From: a virus | Taxonomy: Duplodnaviria; Caudoviricetes | Length of the DNA stretch: 24,989 nt | Strand: one strand, 5' to 3' | IMG/VR virus record: IMGVR_UViG_3300025372_000041 | Location: 1-24,989 of that record | Part shown: piece after piece, positions 1 to 9,200 of the stretch | How the letters are laid out: each line of letters begins with the position of its first letter | How positions within the stretch are numbered: the stretch's first letter is position 1 | Position numbers and translations under genes: made by a program | The notes under the pieces: model-generated | What the model was told of the DNA's origin: nothing | Databases searched by the model: none | The model's input: the letters and a program-made list of their open reading frames with translations, nothing else

Positions 1-31
1 ATGTGACTGTTCTTGTAAATGAAATACCCAT
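1..31 (-). CDS. Start of next gene, runs off the window edge (MGISFTRTVT...)
   Basis: ATG at 31..29 preceded by AGGAG (overlapping the TAG stop of the tail-collar gene); open to the window edge. Confidence 0.55.
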   Translation of the reverse strand, partial: MGISFTRTVT

Positions 32-38
32 AATTCTC

Positions 39-866
39 CTATGTCTTAATAATTTTGTTGAGTGCTATATAAGGTGAAATTGTGCTAAACGCTGAACCAC
101 CACCAATGGCACTTGTAGCCACTGCTCCCGATGTAGTCAAGTCGTTAACAGAACTGCTTGTATCAGTAATGTTGCTACCAGTGTTGTAAGTTCCAGTCAA
201 ACCGGATGCTGCAACCATTCCAACAGGAGTTCCATCTCCGGTAGCAGTCATACGTCCTGCGTCAATTCCACCAATAACACCACCAGTTCCAACAACATAC
301 GAGTGACCAGTACCGTTGCCCCAAAATGAACCGTAGTTTGTTGCTGAGTCAGCACCGTGCGCGTGAGTACCACCAGACATTGCGTGACTGTGACTCAAAC
401 CTGATATTGAATGATGGTGCGAGCCTTGATTAAAACTGTGACCGTGGTTAATGTTAACTGAGTGATTGTGCGATGGCATGTTTGAAATGCTCAATGAACT
501 TGTTGACGAACCACCAGTGTTACCAAGTCCATAACTTGAACCGGCACCAATAACCATTTTATTTCTTGCGTCAGGTAAGTTGAATGAACTACCTGAACCA
601 CCATACGTGTGACCAATAGCGGCGTACAATGCTGGGTACGTAGCACTACTTACAGAAGCACCATTACAAAGCAACCAACCAGAAGGAACACTAGAACCTG
701 CGTAATCCATGATGACACCAGCAGGAAGTCCGCCAGATGATCCTGAACCTGTTTGTGCCGCAACATTTCCCCACTTAACATTGCTACCAACACCAGTTGA
801 GAGAAGAACCTGATTAGGTCTTGACGTTGACGGTGGTAGCCAAATAGGTGCAGAAACGTTTTTCAT
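39..866 (-). CDS. Phage tail-collar domain fibre protein with HxH metal-binding motifs
   Basis: Tail collar signature LPAGVIMDYAG..VPSGWLLCNG..VS...YPALYAAIG.TYGG....FNLPD.R; followed by LSISNMPSHNH and repeated HxH motifs; C-terminal PYIALNKIIKT typical of this family. Confidence 0.9.
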   Translation of the reverse strand: MKNVSAPIWLPPSTSRPNQVLLSTGVGSNVKWGNVAAQTGSGSSGGLPAGVIMDYAGSSVPSGWLLCNGASVSSATYPALYAAIGHTYGGSGSSFNLPDARNKMVIGAGSSYGLGNTGGSSTSSLSISNMPSHNHSVNINHGHSFNQGSHHHSISGLSHSHAMSGGTHAHGADSATNYGSFWGNGTGHSYVVGTGGVIGGIDAGRMTATGDGTPVGMVAASGLTGTYNTGSNITDTSSSVNDLTTSGAVATSAIGGGSAFSTISPYIALNKIIKT

Positions 867-3490
867 TAGAGAGAGGCGAGGTTAGATGGACTGTAGGTGT
901 ACTGGCCAATGGTTTTGAGGTTCAACACTAAGTCGCCCTCATAGCCATTCTCCCAGTTGTCACGACGCTTGTGAGGAATCCAGTCAATGCCATCTACTAC
1001 TGCCGTGACTTGAAGCGGTCCTTCAGTGTAGGTAACAATGTCTTGATTCTGACGACGTGTCTCTAGCCAGAACAGCTCGGCGTAAGGGTCGGTAAATACT
1101 TCTAGACCATCCACTACGTTGACAGAGAACATCTGTATAACAACAGAAATCTGTGTGCCCTGAACAACTGCTGGCCATGATTTAAGTGTCCATCTGTTGA
1201 GGATTGGCGAAATATCATTAGTAATTGTCTTAGTGCCAGCGTTAAGCGTTACTGTTGTTTTGAACTGACGAGCCTTAATCGTGGTTGAAGTAACCGTGTA
1301 TTCATTAACCGCACCAGATGTAAACGAACCTGTTGACGGAACCGTGAACGACTGGATAAGAGTAGGGTCATTTGGTTCAGTTATAACCAATGCTGTTAGG
1401 TTTGATCCGTTAGTAGCAACACCGTTGAAGTCAAAGTAGACAGGAATCTTAGGGTCAGGGATACCGTAGTCAAAGATTCCAGAAGTAATCTGTCCACTGG
1501 CTACATACTTAGTAACGATTGGTATGCCACCCTCATTGGTTGCGTAAGGGCCATAAATGCCATGACCACTCACTGCCATGATTGGGGTGCACGTTACTGG
1601 GTCCCAGTCAATACAAGAAATAATTCCTTGGCCTGTAACCATAAGGTCTGAAACGTAAGCAGGAGTTAGTGGGTCGCCGTTGATGAACGTACTAAGGTCT
1701 AGTTTGCCTAGACCAGTGCTTGTTGTGTCGTAGTTGTTCCAAGTAAACCATACGTAGCGTCCATCACCAACAATTGCTGTAACTGGGTAAGTAACAGGCT
1801 GAAGAATGTTAGGGATAAGTGGACCTGATTTAAGGTCGCTGGTCGTGGTGGTGGATGGTGCGTACTGACCCAATGGCTGGGTCATACGGATACCACGGTT
1901 AGTACCAATGAAAATGTAGTTTAGGTATGACTGAATACATGTTGGGTATTCGTCGGGTGACATAGGTAGTGCCTGTACTGGGTAGTCTAAGTTCCATGGA
2001 ACACTGGCAGATGTCGCAGTAATTGTTTGAACACTAGTGGCACTAGAAGTTGAAGAACCAAGCATGTTTGAGCGGTAGATGGCGCCACTACCCTTGTTGC
2101 CAAGCGGTGAGCTTACGTAACCAGCAAAGTAAACCTGTGTCTCTCCGCCGGTAGCACCTGACCAAACCCAATTATCATTCTCGTGAGTAACGAGTGTGTC
2201 AGGAAATAAGTTACTTATTACGTGCCCACCAATAGACTCTGTGTCCATACCAAGACTAGGGGTTGAAATGATACTAAATGTTGTGCTGTTTGTAATGTCG
2301 TTTACAACAAAGTCACCGTTCCAAGGACTTGCGTTAATACCAATAACTTCCATTTCAAGTAATGTGTAGTACCCCGTACCGGCATTTGCATCAACTATTG
2401 ATTGAGTTAGATTTTGTGAAACGTATGAAATGGTTGTGTCGGTTGCAGCAGTAATGACAATATTGCTATCAATGTATGTAGCATTATTGACAAAATCGGT
2501 GTAGGTAATGTTAACAACATCATTTGCTCTGAACGGATTGTAACTACCAGAAAAGGTTGTAAGCGTAACGCTACCAGAGTTGTAATTTAGTTGCTCGTAG
2601 AACGTATCGGCATTTGAGTTAGAAATAGTTATTGGTTGACCAACAGATAAATTGTGGTCAGCCTTTGTCGTAATTGTTGAGTAACCCACTGTCGGAGTAA
2701 AACCATCATAGTCACCAAGGATAAGGTCAATATCTACGCTGACCTTAAAAGTACTAGGTGGTGAACCAAACACTGGATAACCTGTTGTTGATCGTGGCTG
2801 AAAGGCGTAAAGGCGGTTCTTGCTAGAAGCAATCAACTGGTCGTTAGACCATGCCACCATGGTGTAACCACCGCTGTACACTCCAGAGTCGTTGGCTGCA
2901 AACAGCGAGAAGCTACCAGCACCAGTGCCAGAAGGCTGGGCGTACCAGATACCAGAACTGGTTGCTAGGAATACAATGGTGTCGTTCGTAGCAATGTCGT
3001 AGATGGTTGGCGAACCACTGAGAGATAGTGAGTACGAAGTTCCCCATGAGCCACTAACGAAGTACTTGACTGTAGAGCCTTCAACAACAACTACGTTGTC
3101 ACCGCAACGGCTCATAAGAAGCGTGCTGGCAGTCGATCCGTAGAGTTGCTGAGTGTCGGGAAGAAGTGTTGCCTGAAATGGGTAGGAGAATACGTCTACA
3201 CCCTTAGAGTTCAAAAAGCGTGTCTCTTGATTGTCGCCCTTGCGGTCAAGTGAGAACTGACCAGCACCCATTGTCCATTCAACTTGCTCACGGCGCCAGA
3301 GTCCCTCAGTGTTAACGGTACCCTCACCAGTGATGTTGGTCATCTGGATTGATTGACGCTGTGCAGGAATAGTTTTGTGACGGAAGGCTTCGCGACGGTA
3401 AGGCTCAAACGAGGTGTCTATTGCGTATTCTTTTTTTTCGCTAGTGCCTGGGTTGTAAATACTTACTGAAGCATTGGAAGTGGTAGACAT
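866..3490 (-). CDS. Probable tail nozzle / tail tubular protein B-like structural protein (874 aa)
   Basis: Size, beta-rich propeller-like composition, position after putative adaptor gene in a podovirus-like module; product is inference from synteny. Confidence 0.55.
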   Translation of the reverse strand: MSTTSNASVSIYNPGTSEKKEYAIDTSFEPYRREAFRHKTIPAQRQSIQMTNITGEGTVNTEGLWRREQVEWTMGAGQFSLDRKGDNQETRFLNSKGVDVFSYPFQATLLPDTQQLYGSTASTLLMSRCGDNVVVVEGSTVKYFVSGSWGTSYSLSLSGSPTIYDIATNDTIVFLATSSGIWYAQPSGTGAGSFSLFAANDSGVYSGGYTMVAWSNDQLIASSKNRLYAFQPRSTTGYPVFGSPPSTFKVSVDIDLILGDYDGFTPTVGYSTITTKADHNLSVGQPITISNSNADTFYEQLNYNSGSVTLTTFSGSYNPFRANDVVNITYTDFVNNATYIDSNIVITAATDTTISYVSQNLTQSIVDANAGTGYYTLLEMEVIGINASPWNGDFVVNDITNSTTFSIISTPSLGMDTESIGGHVISNLFPDTLVTHENDNWVWSGATGGETQVYFAGYVSSPLGNKGSGAIYRSNMLGSSTSSATSVQTITATSASVPWNLDYPVQALPMSPDEYPTCIQSYLNYIFIGTNRGIRMTQPLGQYAPSTTTTSDLKSGPLIPNILQPVTYPVTAIVGDGRYVWFTWNNYDTTSTGLGKLDLSTFINGDPLTPAYVSDLMVTGQGIISCIDWDPVTCTPIMAVSGHGIYGPYATNEGGIPIVTKYVASGQITSGIFDYGIPDPKIPVYFDFNGVATNGSNLTALVITEPNDPTLIQSFTVPSTGSFTSGAVNEYTVTSTTIKARQFKTTVTLNAGTKTITNDISPILNRWTLKSWPAVVQGTQISVVIQMFSVNVVDGLEVFTDPYAELFWLETRRQNQDIVTYTEGPLQVTAVVDGIDWIPHKRRDNWENGYEGDLVLNLKTIGQYTYSPSNLASL

Positions 3491-4716
3491 TACCAGCTCC
3501 TTACTTTGGTGTACTGACGCTGTAGACGGTCAGCTTCCTCACTAATCCTTTGCATGCGACGGTTAACAAGAGCGTTCACCGAACCAGCAACAGCACCAGC
3601 AGGTACGTCAGTGGCTTTGCGTGGGTCTGGCTGAGACTCCAAAAAGTTACGGCTGATTTCACGAGGTAGAGTCAGGTCAATCTCAGCACCGAGTGGTGGC
3701 AAGTCCAACATGGTTGGCGTCATGTTCGGAATGTTAGGTGAGTTAGCACCACCAATAGTTACGGCAATTCCGTTGGCAGTAGCGACAGCACTCATGGTTA
3801 CAGTGGCCGCACCGACGTTGATAGACGAGATAGTAGTTCCGCTCTGGATACCAGTGCCACCAAGGAGCATACCAATGTAAAGTCCAACAGTGCTTGAAAC
3901 AGATGTAAGCGTTGCTGATCCGTTAGTTGTGGTAGCAGTGAAGTTAACCGCAGCGTTGACACCGTAACCGTTGAAAGGTGGGGCTTCGTCGTTAGTTGCA
4001 GGGGTGTTGATAACTGAGTCAGACGCCGCTACGAACTTGATGAATGGAGCCGAGTAGGTAATATAGATAGGCAGACCTGGCCAACCTGGTTCACGGATAA
4101 TAAGTCCACGACCAGAAGGGAACACTGGGTCAGTGCTGTTCTGTTGCCAACGCACTACCTTCCAAGACTTGATGGCTGGGAATGTACGGTACGGTGGAGC
4201 AATGCGGTAACGGACTTCTAGGATGTCAATAAAGTTGTCTGGCAGGTCGCCTAGGTCGTAACCAGCAAAGACTGGGTTGTAAGTAATCTGTGCCACGCCT
4301 ACACGGAACAGTCCGTTAGTTGGGCTAGACAGTGAGCGAAGGTCGTCGTTAATTGCCACGCCAATGTCGTAACGGCTGTAACGAGGGTTGATGTAGATAA
4401 GGACGCCAGCAATGTGGCTGGTTGCTACTGAGCCGTAGTACCCACGGGTAACGGTGGCAGTCAGGGTGCTGGAGTTCCAGGCAGTAACGTAGAGCAGTTC
4501 TAGCTCCACAGACAGAATAACGCCAGGTGTAATACCAGCAGTCTGAGAACCGGCAAGAACAACGCTGGTGTCTGTTGATCCGATTGAGGTAGTCAGGGTG
4601 ACGGTACGCTCACGGATACCACCCATAACACGGCGGTATACCTTCTCGATAAGGTCGCCAAACGTAGTACCGTTACCAGTACTGCTTGAGCCACCTACTG
4701 TAATCAATGAGGGCAT
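3490..4716 (-). CDS. Probable head-tail adaptor / tail tubular protein A-like protein with inserted beta domains (408 aa)
   Basis: N-terminal TFGDLIEKVYRR helix, YDL..LP..FIDILEV, ITYSAPF motifs and helical C-terminus resemble podoviral adaptors; AAGGA RBS upstream. Confidence 0.55.
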   Translation of the reverse strand: MPSLITVGGSSSTGNGTTFGDLIEKVYRRVMGGIRERTVTLTTSIGSTDTSVVLAGSQTAGITPGVILSVELELLYVTAWNSSTLTATVTRGYYGSVATSHIAGVLIYINPRYSRYDIGVAINDDLRSLSSPTNGLFRVGVAQITYNPVFAGYDLGDLPDNFIDILEVRYRIAPPYRTFPAIKSWKVVRWQQNSTDPVFPSGRGLIIREPGWPGLPIYITYSAPFIKFVAASDSVINTPATNDEAPPFNGYGVNAAVNFTATTTNGSATLTSVSSTVGLYIGMLLGGTGIQSGTTISSINVGAATVTMSAVATANGIAVTIGGANSPNIPNMTPTMLDLPPLGAEIDLTLPREISRNFLESQPDPRKATDVPAGAVAGSVNALVNRRMQRISEEADRLQRQYTKVRSW

Positions 4717-4726
4717 AAAAAGTCCT

Positions 4727-4819
4727 TTAGTTCTTTAACAATTTTACCATTGAGGTAAGTTGGCTGACGTAACCCTGAGATAGTTCTACGATTGGTTGGG
4801 AGCAGTGGATACAGTTCAT
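4727..4819 (-). CDS. Possible 30-aa CxxC mini-protein (MNCIHCSQPIVELSQGYVSQLTSMVKLLKN)
   Basis: ATGA overlap with the upstream gene stop; TAA adjacent to the next RBS; not in ORF track; overlaps the candidate promoter. Confidence 0.35.
   Translation of the reverse strand: MNCIHCSQPIVELSQGYVSQLTSMVKLLKN
4741..4749 (-). promoter_or_regulatory. Candidate extended -10 promoter (TGGTAAAAT) for the adaptor/nozzle/collar genes
   Basis: TGn-TAAAAT on minus strand about 25 nt upstream of the ATG at 4716; no convincing -35. Confidence 0.45.
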
Positions 4820-4953
4820 TGGTCTGTCTGACTTGCTAGGTAGGCTTGGTAATCGGAGTTGGCAGGGTCGGTAGGAATCCACCAGACTTGTCCATCTGCG
4901 TCTGTGCGCTTAATTATTGTTGCATTGTCTTGTGTGATTAGTTCGTATGTCAT
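4816..4953 (-). CDS. 45-aa fibre-associated mini-protein, copy 2 (MTYELITQDNATIIKRTDADGQVWWIPTDPANSDYQAYLASQTDQ); putative fibre chaperone/assembly factor
   Basis: Manually translated; TAATG overlap with fibre gene; IPxDPxNxDYQxYL motif of the kind found downstream of phage fibre genes; paralog at 6131..6280. Confidence 0.85.
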   Translation of the reverse strand: MTYELITQDNATIIKRTDADGQVWWIPTDPANSDYQAYLASQTDQ

Positions 4954-6131
4954 TACAACTCCGCACTTGCTGAAATGTATGCGCCAGAAACGATTGAATT
5001 AACAATACAAGCCTGTCCTGCTGTATAACCCGATACCGTTATTCGTGGTGTTGTTGTATCAACTGAGGTGTTGTAGAAGTTACCTGCGGTTGAGTATGAC
5101 GTTGATGCGGCTGCGCTTTGAACATACAAAGATGAAGAAATGCTTGTAGAAAACATTGTTGGAGTTGCTCTCATTGTTACAGGAAAACGTATTCCAAAGT
5201 CGGCAGAAGAAGAATTAGATAATGAGCCTACACCAAGAAATCCCAAAGCGGTCTGGTAGTAGTACCTCTGACACAGAGCCAACTCACCACCAATAGAACC
5301 ACCAGCTCGGCTGAATGGTGTTGCCTGTGGAGCGATTTCTAGTTGTACGCCAGTGATTTGAAACCAGTCGTTTGCTCCGGCTGTTCCTGTTGGTACTTCA
5401 ATAAAATTAATTCCAAGTTGAGTGTACGTCGATGCAACGCTGGCTGTTAAAAATGAATTAGTTTGTACCGTAAATCTTTGCCATGATGTTGAAAGATTGA
5501 CTGTGTTTCCAAATAATGCTGTTGCACCAGTAAATCCCGAAATAACATTTTGGTCTGTTCCTGTCCCAGCAATTAATTGAACAGTAAGTTGATTGCTTGT
5601 TCCTGAATAATTTGCGCCACATTTAGCCCAAAAAGAAAGATTTACAATTTGACCTGCCATAGGCAAAGTATTAAGAGTTTCTATTGATTGAGTTGCGTAA
5701 ATAGCAGAAGTTGATGTTTGACCGGAGTTTCTTTGAACTTGCAAAGCATACTTAAATCCAGTTAAACCAGAAGCAACTTGTGTTTCAGCAACGGCGTTTC
5801 CTGATGCGTAGCAATACCATCTATCGGCTGTGTATCCACCACCTGTTGCAAAAGTTGTACCCCTCTGCCAGATGTCCATACCACCGTTAATCACAAAGTT
5901 CTTGCCAGCAATGTTCTCGTTAACTGAGACGCCCGACAACTGCCACGTTCCAGGCGTACCGGCAACTGTGCAGACGTACATAGCGCCAGTCTGATCAATG
6001 ATGTAGTCGCCCACCGCAAACGTACCTGACGTAGGTGCGCCCGAAGTTGTAGCTCCTGCGTGACGTGACGCAGCCGTAGCCCCAGGGAGTCCGGTAGCGC
6101 CGATTGCTTCTTGTGAGATGGACTGAGCCAT
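4953..6131 (-). CDS. Tail fibre / receptor-binding protein 2 with carbohydrate-binding-like jelly-roll module
   Basis: KNFVINGGMDIWQRGT...YTADRW...LSFWAK...ITGVQLE...FSR...ELALCQRYY...SAEL module typical of phage fibre C-termini; N-terminal APTSGTFAVGD...YVCTVAGTPGTW motif; AGGAG RBS. Confidence 0.8.
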   Translation of the reverse strand: MAQSISQEAIGATGLPGATAASRHAGATTSGAPTSGTFAVGDYIIDQTGAMYVCTVAGTPGTWQLSGVSVNENIAGKNFVINGGMDIWQRGTTFATGGGYTADRWYCYASGNAVAETQVASGLTGFKYALQVQRNSGQTSTSAIYATQSIETLNTLPMAGQIVNLSFWAKCGANYSGTSNQLTVQLIAGTGTDQNVISGFTGATALFGNTVNLSTSWQRFTVQTNSFLTASVASTYTQLGINFIEVPTGTAGANDWFQITGVQLEIAPQATPFSRAGGSIGGELALCQRYYYQTALGFLGVGSLSNSSSADFGIRFPVTMRATPTMFSTSISSSLYVQSAAASTSYSTAGNFYNTSVDTTTPRITVSGYTAGQACIVNSIVSGAYISASAEL

Positions 6132-6280
6132 TAGTTATTCTCCTGAGAGGCTAGGTAGGCTTGGTAATCGGAGTTGGCAGGGTCGGTTGGTATCCACCAA
6201 ATTGTGCCATCTACGTCTGTGCGTTTAATAGACTTGTAACCTAAATCTGAAATTACAACTTCATAAATTGGTTCTATCAT
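6131..6280 (-). CDS. 49-aa fibre-associated mini-protein, copy 1 (MIEPIYEVVISDLGYKSIKRTDVDGTIWWIPTDPANSDYQAYLASQENN)
   Basis: Manually translated; starts 1 nt after the fibre stop, TAATG overlap with next gene; paralog of 4816..4953. Confidence 0.85.
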   Translation of the reverse strand: MIEPIYEVVISDLGYKSIKRTDVDGTIWWIPTDPANSDYQAYLASQENN

Positions 6281-6281
6281 T

Positions 6282-9200
6282 TTACAACTCCGAACTGAAG
6301 GCAACATTGCCTACAAGGGTAAGTTGATTTGCGGTTGTAGTAGAAAAACCTGTAAAAATAATTTCCGTAGAACCATTTGTTGAATTAGCGGTAATTATGT
6401 TTTGATATGACCCAGTAGGCGTTCTAAAAGAAACGGCTGTTTCTAGCAAAATGTTTGTATAAGAAGAAATTGAATAACTAGGAGCAACTCTCATGCTGTT
6501 CCACAAAACAGTAACATTGCCTTGAGTTGAACTGGTTGCCCTGCCAATTCCGTAAGAAGAAATCTGGTAGTACCTCTGACACGCTGCTAACTCACCTTGA
6601 ATAGTTCCACCAGCACGTGAGAAGGCTGTGGCTGTGGAACCGATTTCGAGTTGGACTCCGGTGATGTCAAAGTAATCGTTTGCTCCGGCTGTTCCTGTTG
6701 GGCCATAGTAGAATTGAATAAACGCTTCGGTTGCAGTTGAACCCACTGTTCCCGTGTATGAAAATTGTTGCCATGATGTAGTTGGTGTAAAAGCAGCGTT
6801 AACAATTTGTGTCTGACCTGTGTATCCACCGTTCAAATAATTCTGGTCTGTTCCTGTTCCCCACGCTGCATAAGCATTTAATTGACCACTTGCGCCAGAA
6901 AAGTTTGCCCCTACTTTTGCCCAAAAAGAAAGCGTTACGGTTTGACCGGCTAAAGGAATTGCACTAAGACTTTCTAAGTTGTAAACCAAACCTAGATTTT
7001 GCGTTGTCGTTGAACCAGAGTTGCGTTGTGCTTGAATTGAATACTTGAATCCGGTTGGAGCAGAACTTGACTGAGAGAATGTGTAAGCAGATAAATTATT
7101 AGTACACCAACGGTCAGCCGTGTAAATAATTGAACCAGTACCAGCAAACGAAGTACCCCTCTGCCAAATGTCCATGCCACCGTTAATAACAAAGTTCTTT
7201 GCTCCAACATAAGAAACAGCAGGAACAGCACCAACCTGAGCAGCCGTGTAGTCAGATGACCCAGGAGTAACCGCACCAGTACGACCATTGAATGATGAGA
7301 CTGTGCCAGTAGATGACGGAGCAGTAGTTCCTGCCACCACAACTCGCAACTCGTACTGCATAGCGGTAGCACCAGATGAGGCGTAGGCGAGTGAGTATTG
7401 GATTGGGGTTGAGGCTTTGGCGTAGACGGTAATTGAGCCGGAGATAAATCCAGTGGTTAAAGAGTTCTGCTGAGTTGACTGACCAACTGAGGTAACTACG
7501 TTGGAGTCGGTATCGGTAGAGATGACCGAGAACACACCGAGCGTTGATGAAGTCGTTGCTGCGGTGGTGACTTTGGCGTAGTAGTTGATAGTAAAGAGAC
7601 CGTCAGAGGCAGGGGTGTAGAGCGTTGTGGCTGCTTGAGCTGCGGACTGGGCGGTGAGGCTGACGGTAGCGAGGGCAACCGAAGTACCTTGTGATCCCTG
7701 TGAACCAGTTGAACCCTGACTACCTTGGTATCCTTGTGAACCTTGTACGCCTTGGTAACCCTGGTATCCCTGTGAACCTTGCGAGCCTGTTGAACCAGTA
7801 GCACCTTGGTTACCCTGCGTTCCTTGGAAACCTTGAAATCCTTGATTACCTTGAGCACCAGTAGTTCCAGTGGCTCCTTGTGAACCTTGGCTACCTTGTG
7901 CTCCAGTAGAACCAGTCGCACCTTGAAAGCCTTGAGTTCCCTGTGCACCAGTAGAACCCTGAGCACCTGTAGAACCTTGAACACCTTGGAAACCTTGGTT
8001 ACCTTGGGCACCAGTTGAGCCTTGCGTTCCAGTAGAACCTTGAGCACCTGTAGAGCCTTGTGCACCAGTTGTTCCCTGAGCACCTGTTGAACCCTGTGCT
8101 CCGGTAGTTCCTTGGAAACCTTGGTTACCCTGTGAGCCGGTAGCTCCTTGTGATCCTTGTGCACCGTTAGAACCGTTAGCACCTTGGAATCCTTGGTTAC
8201 CCTGATTGCCCTGTGTACCCTGTGGTCCCTGCGTACCGTTAATACCTTGTGTTCCGGCAACACCTTGGAATCCTTGATTACCTTGATAACCCTGAACACC
8301 CTGTGAGCCTTGTGCTCCTTGAGCACCAGTAGCACCAGCAGCGGTAATGAGGTAAGCATTAGCAATTACAGATGGTATTGCTGGGCCAGTGGTAGGAGAT
8401 GAGATGGCAAGAAGCGTTACTGACGTTGAATTAGATGTCCAGTAAATTTCAAAGTAATCGTTAGCCGCAGCGGTAACTTGCCATTCCCACGCAGCAACTT
8501 TGTCTGAGTTTTGCTTGTCCATAGTCACATCAGTGTTGGACTGAGAAACGTCAGAACCGTTCTTTCGTAGCCAAATAAGAACTTGGTCAGTTGAATTGTC
8601 TGTTTGCGTTAATTGAGCAGAGAAGTTAATACCGTACTGACCGGCATAAGCAAACGTAATACGAGAACTAGAAGCAACAGAAATACCTGCTTGCTGGTAT
8701 GTTCCATTAAACGTAATGGCTTGACCAGTGTTGGCAGTGGATAATGTTTGTGTTGATGTTGAATAGTACGAACCGTAGTAAGCAGACGTTCCACCAGCAC
8801 CTTGAGGTCCAATGCTTCCGACTACACCTTGGTAACCTTGGTAACCTTGGTAACCTTGGTTACCTTGGTATCCTTGATTACCTTGTGAGCCAGTAGAGCC
8901 TGTTGTGCCTTGGAAACCTTGGAAGCCTTGATTACCTTGTACGCCTTGAAAACCCTGATTGCCCTGTGCACCTGTGGCACCAGTAGAACCTTGGTATCCT
9001 TGGTTACCTTGGTTGCCCTGAGTTCCTTGGTATCCCTGTGCACCTTGCGAGCCGGTTGAACCTTGTGCACCAGTGGCACCAGTAGAACCAGTGGTTCCCT
9101 GACTGCCCTGTACACCTTGAAAACCTTGACTACCTTGGAATCCTTGATTGCCCTGTGTGCCCTGATTACCTTGTGAACCTTGTGCACCAGTACTTCCCTG

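Noticed and set aside
3431-3438. A8 run (GAA AAA AAA GAA) as a slippery or phase-variable site near the start of the putative nozzle gene
   Set aside because: Reads in frame as EKKE, with no long alternative-frame ORF in the track and no evident stimulatory structure
4953-7205. Diversity-generating retroelement (TR/VR pair) in the duplicated fibre ends
   Set aside because: Both copies are coding, differences include indels and all base types rather than adenine-specific changes, and no reverse transcriptase is in the window
7496-9187. Alternative-frame ORFs of 289 aa and 121 aa (KVxKV-rich)
   Set aside because: Shadow frames of the collagen repeats, which lack stops in that frame because of the GGT-xxx-CAA periodicity
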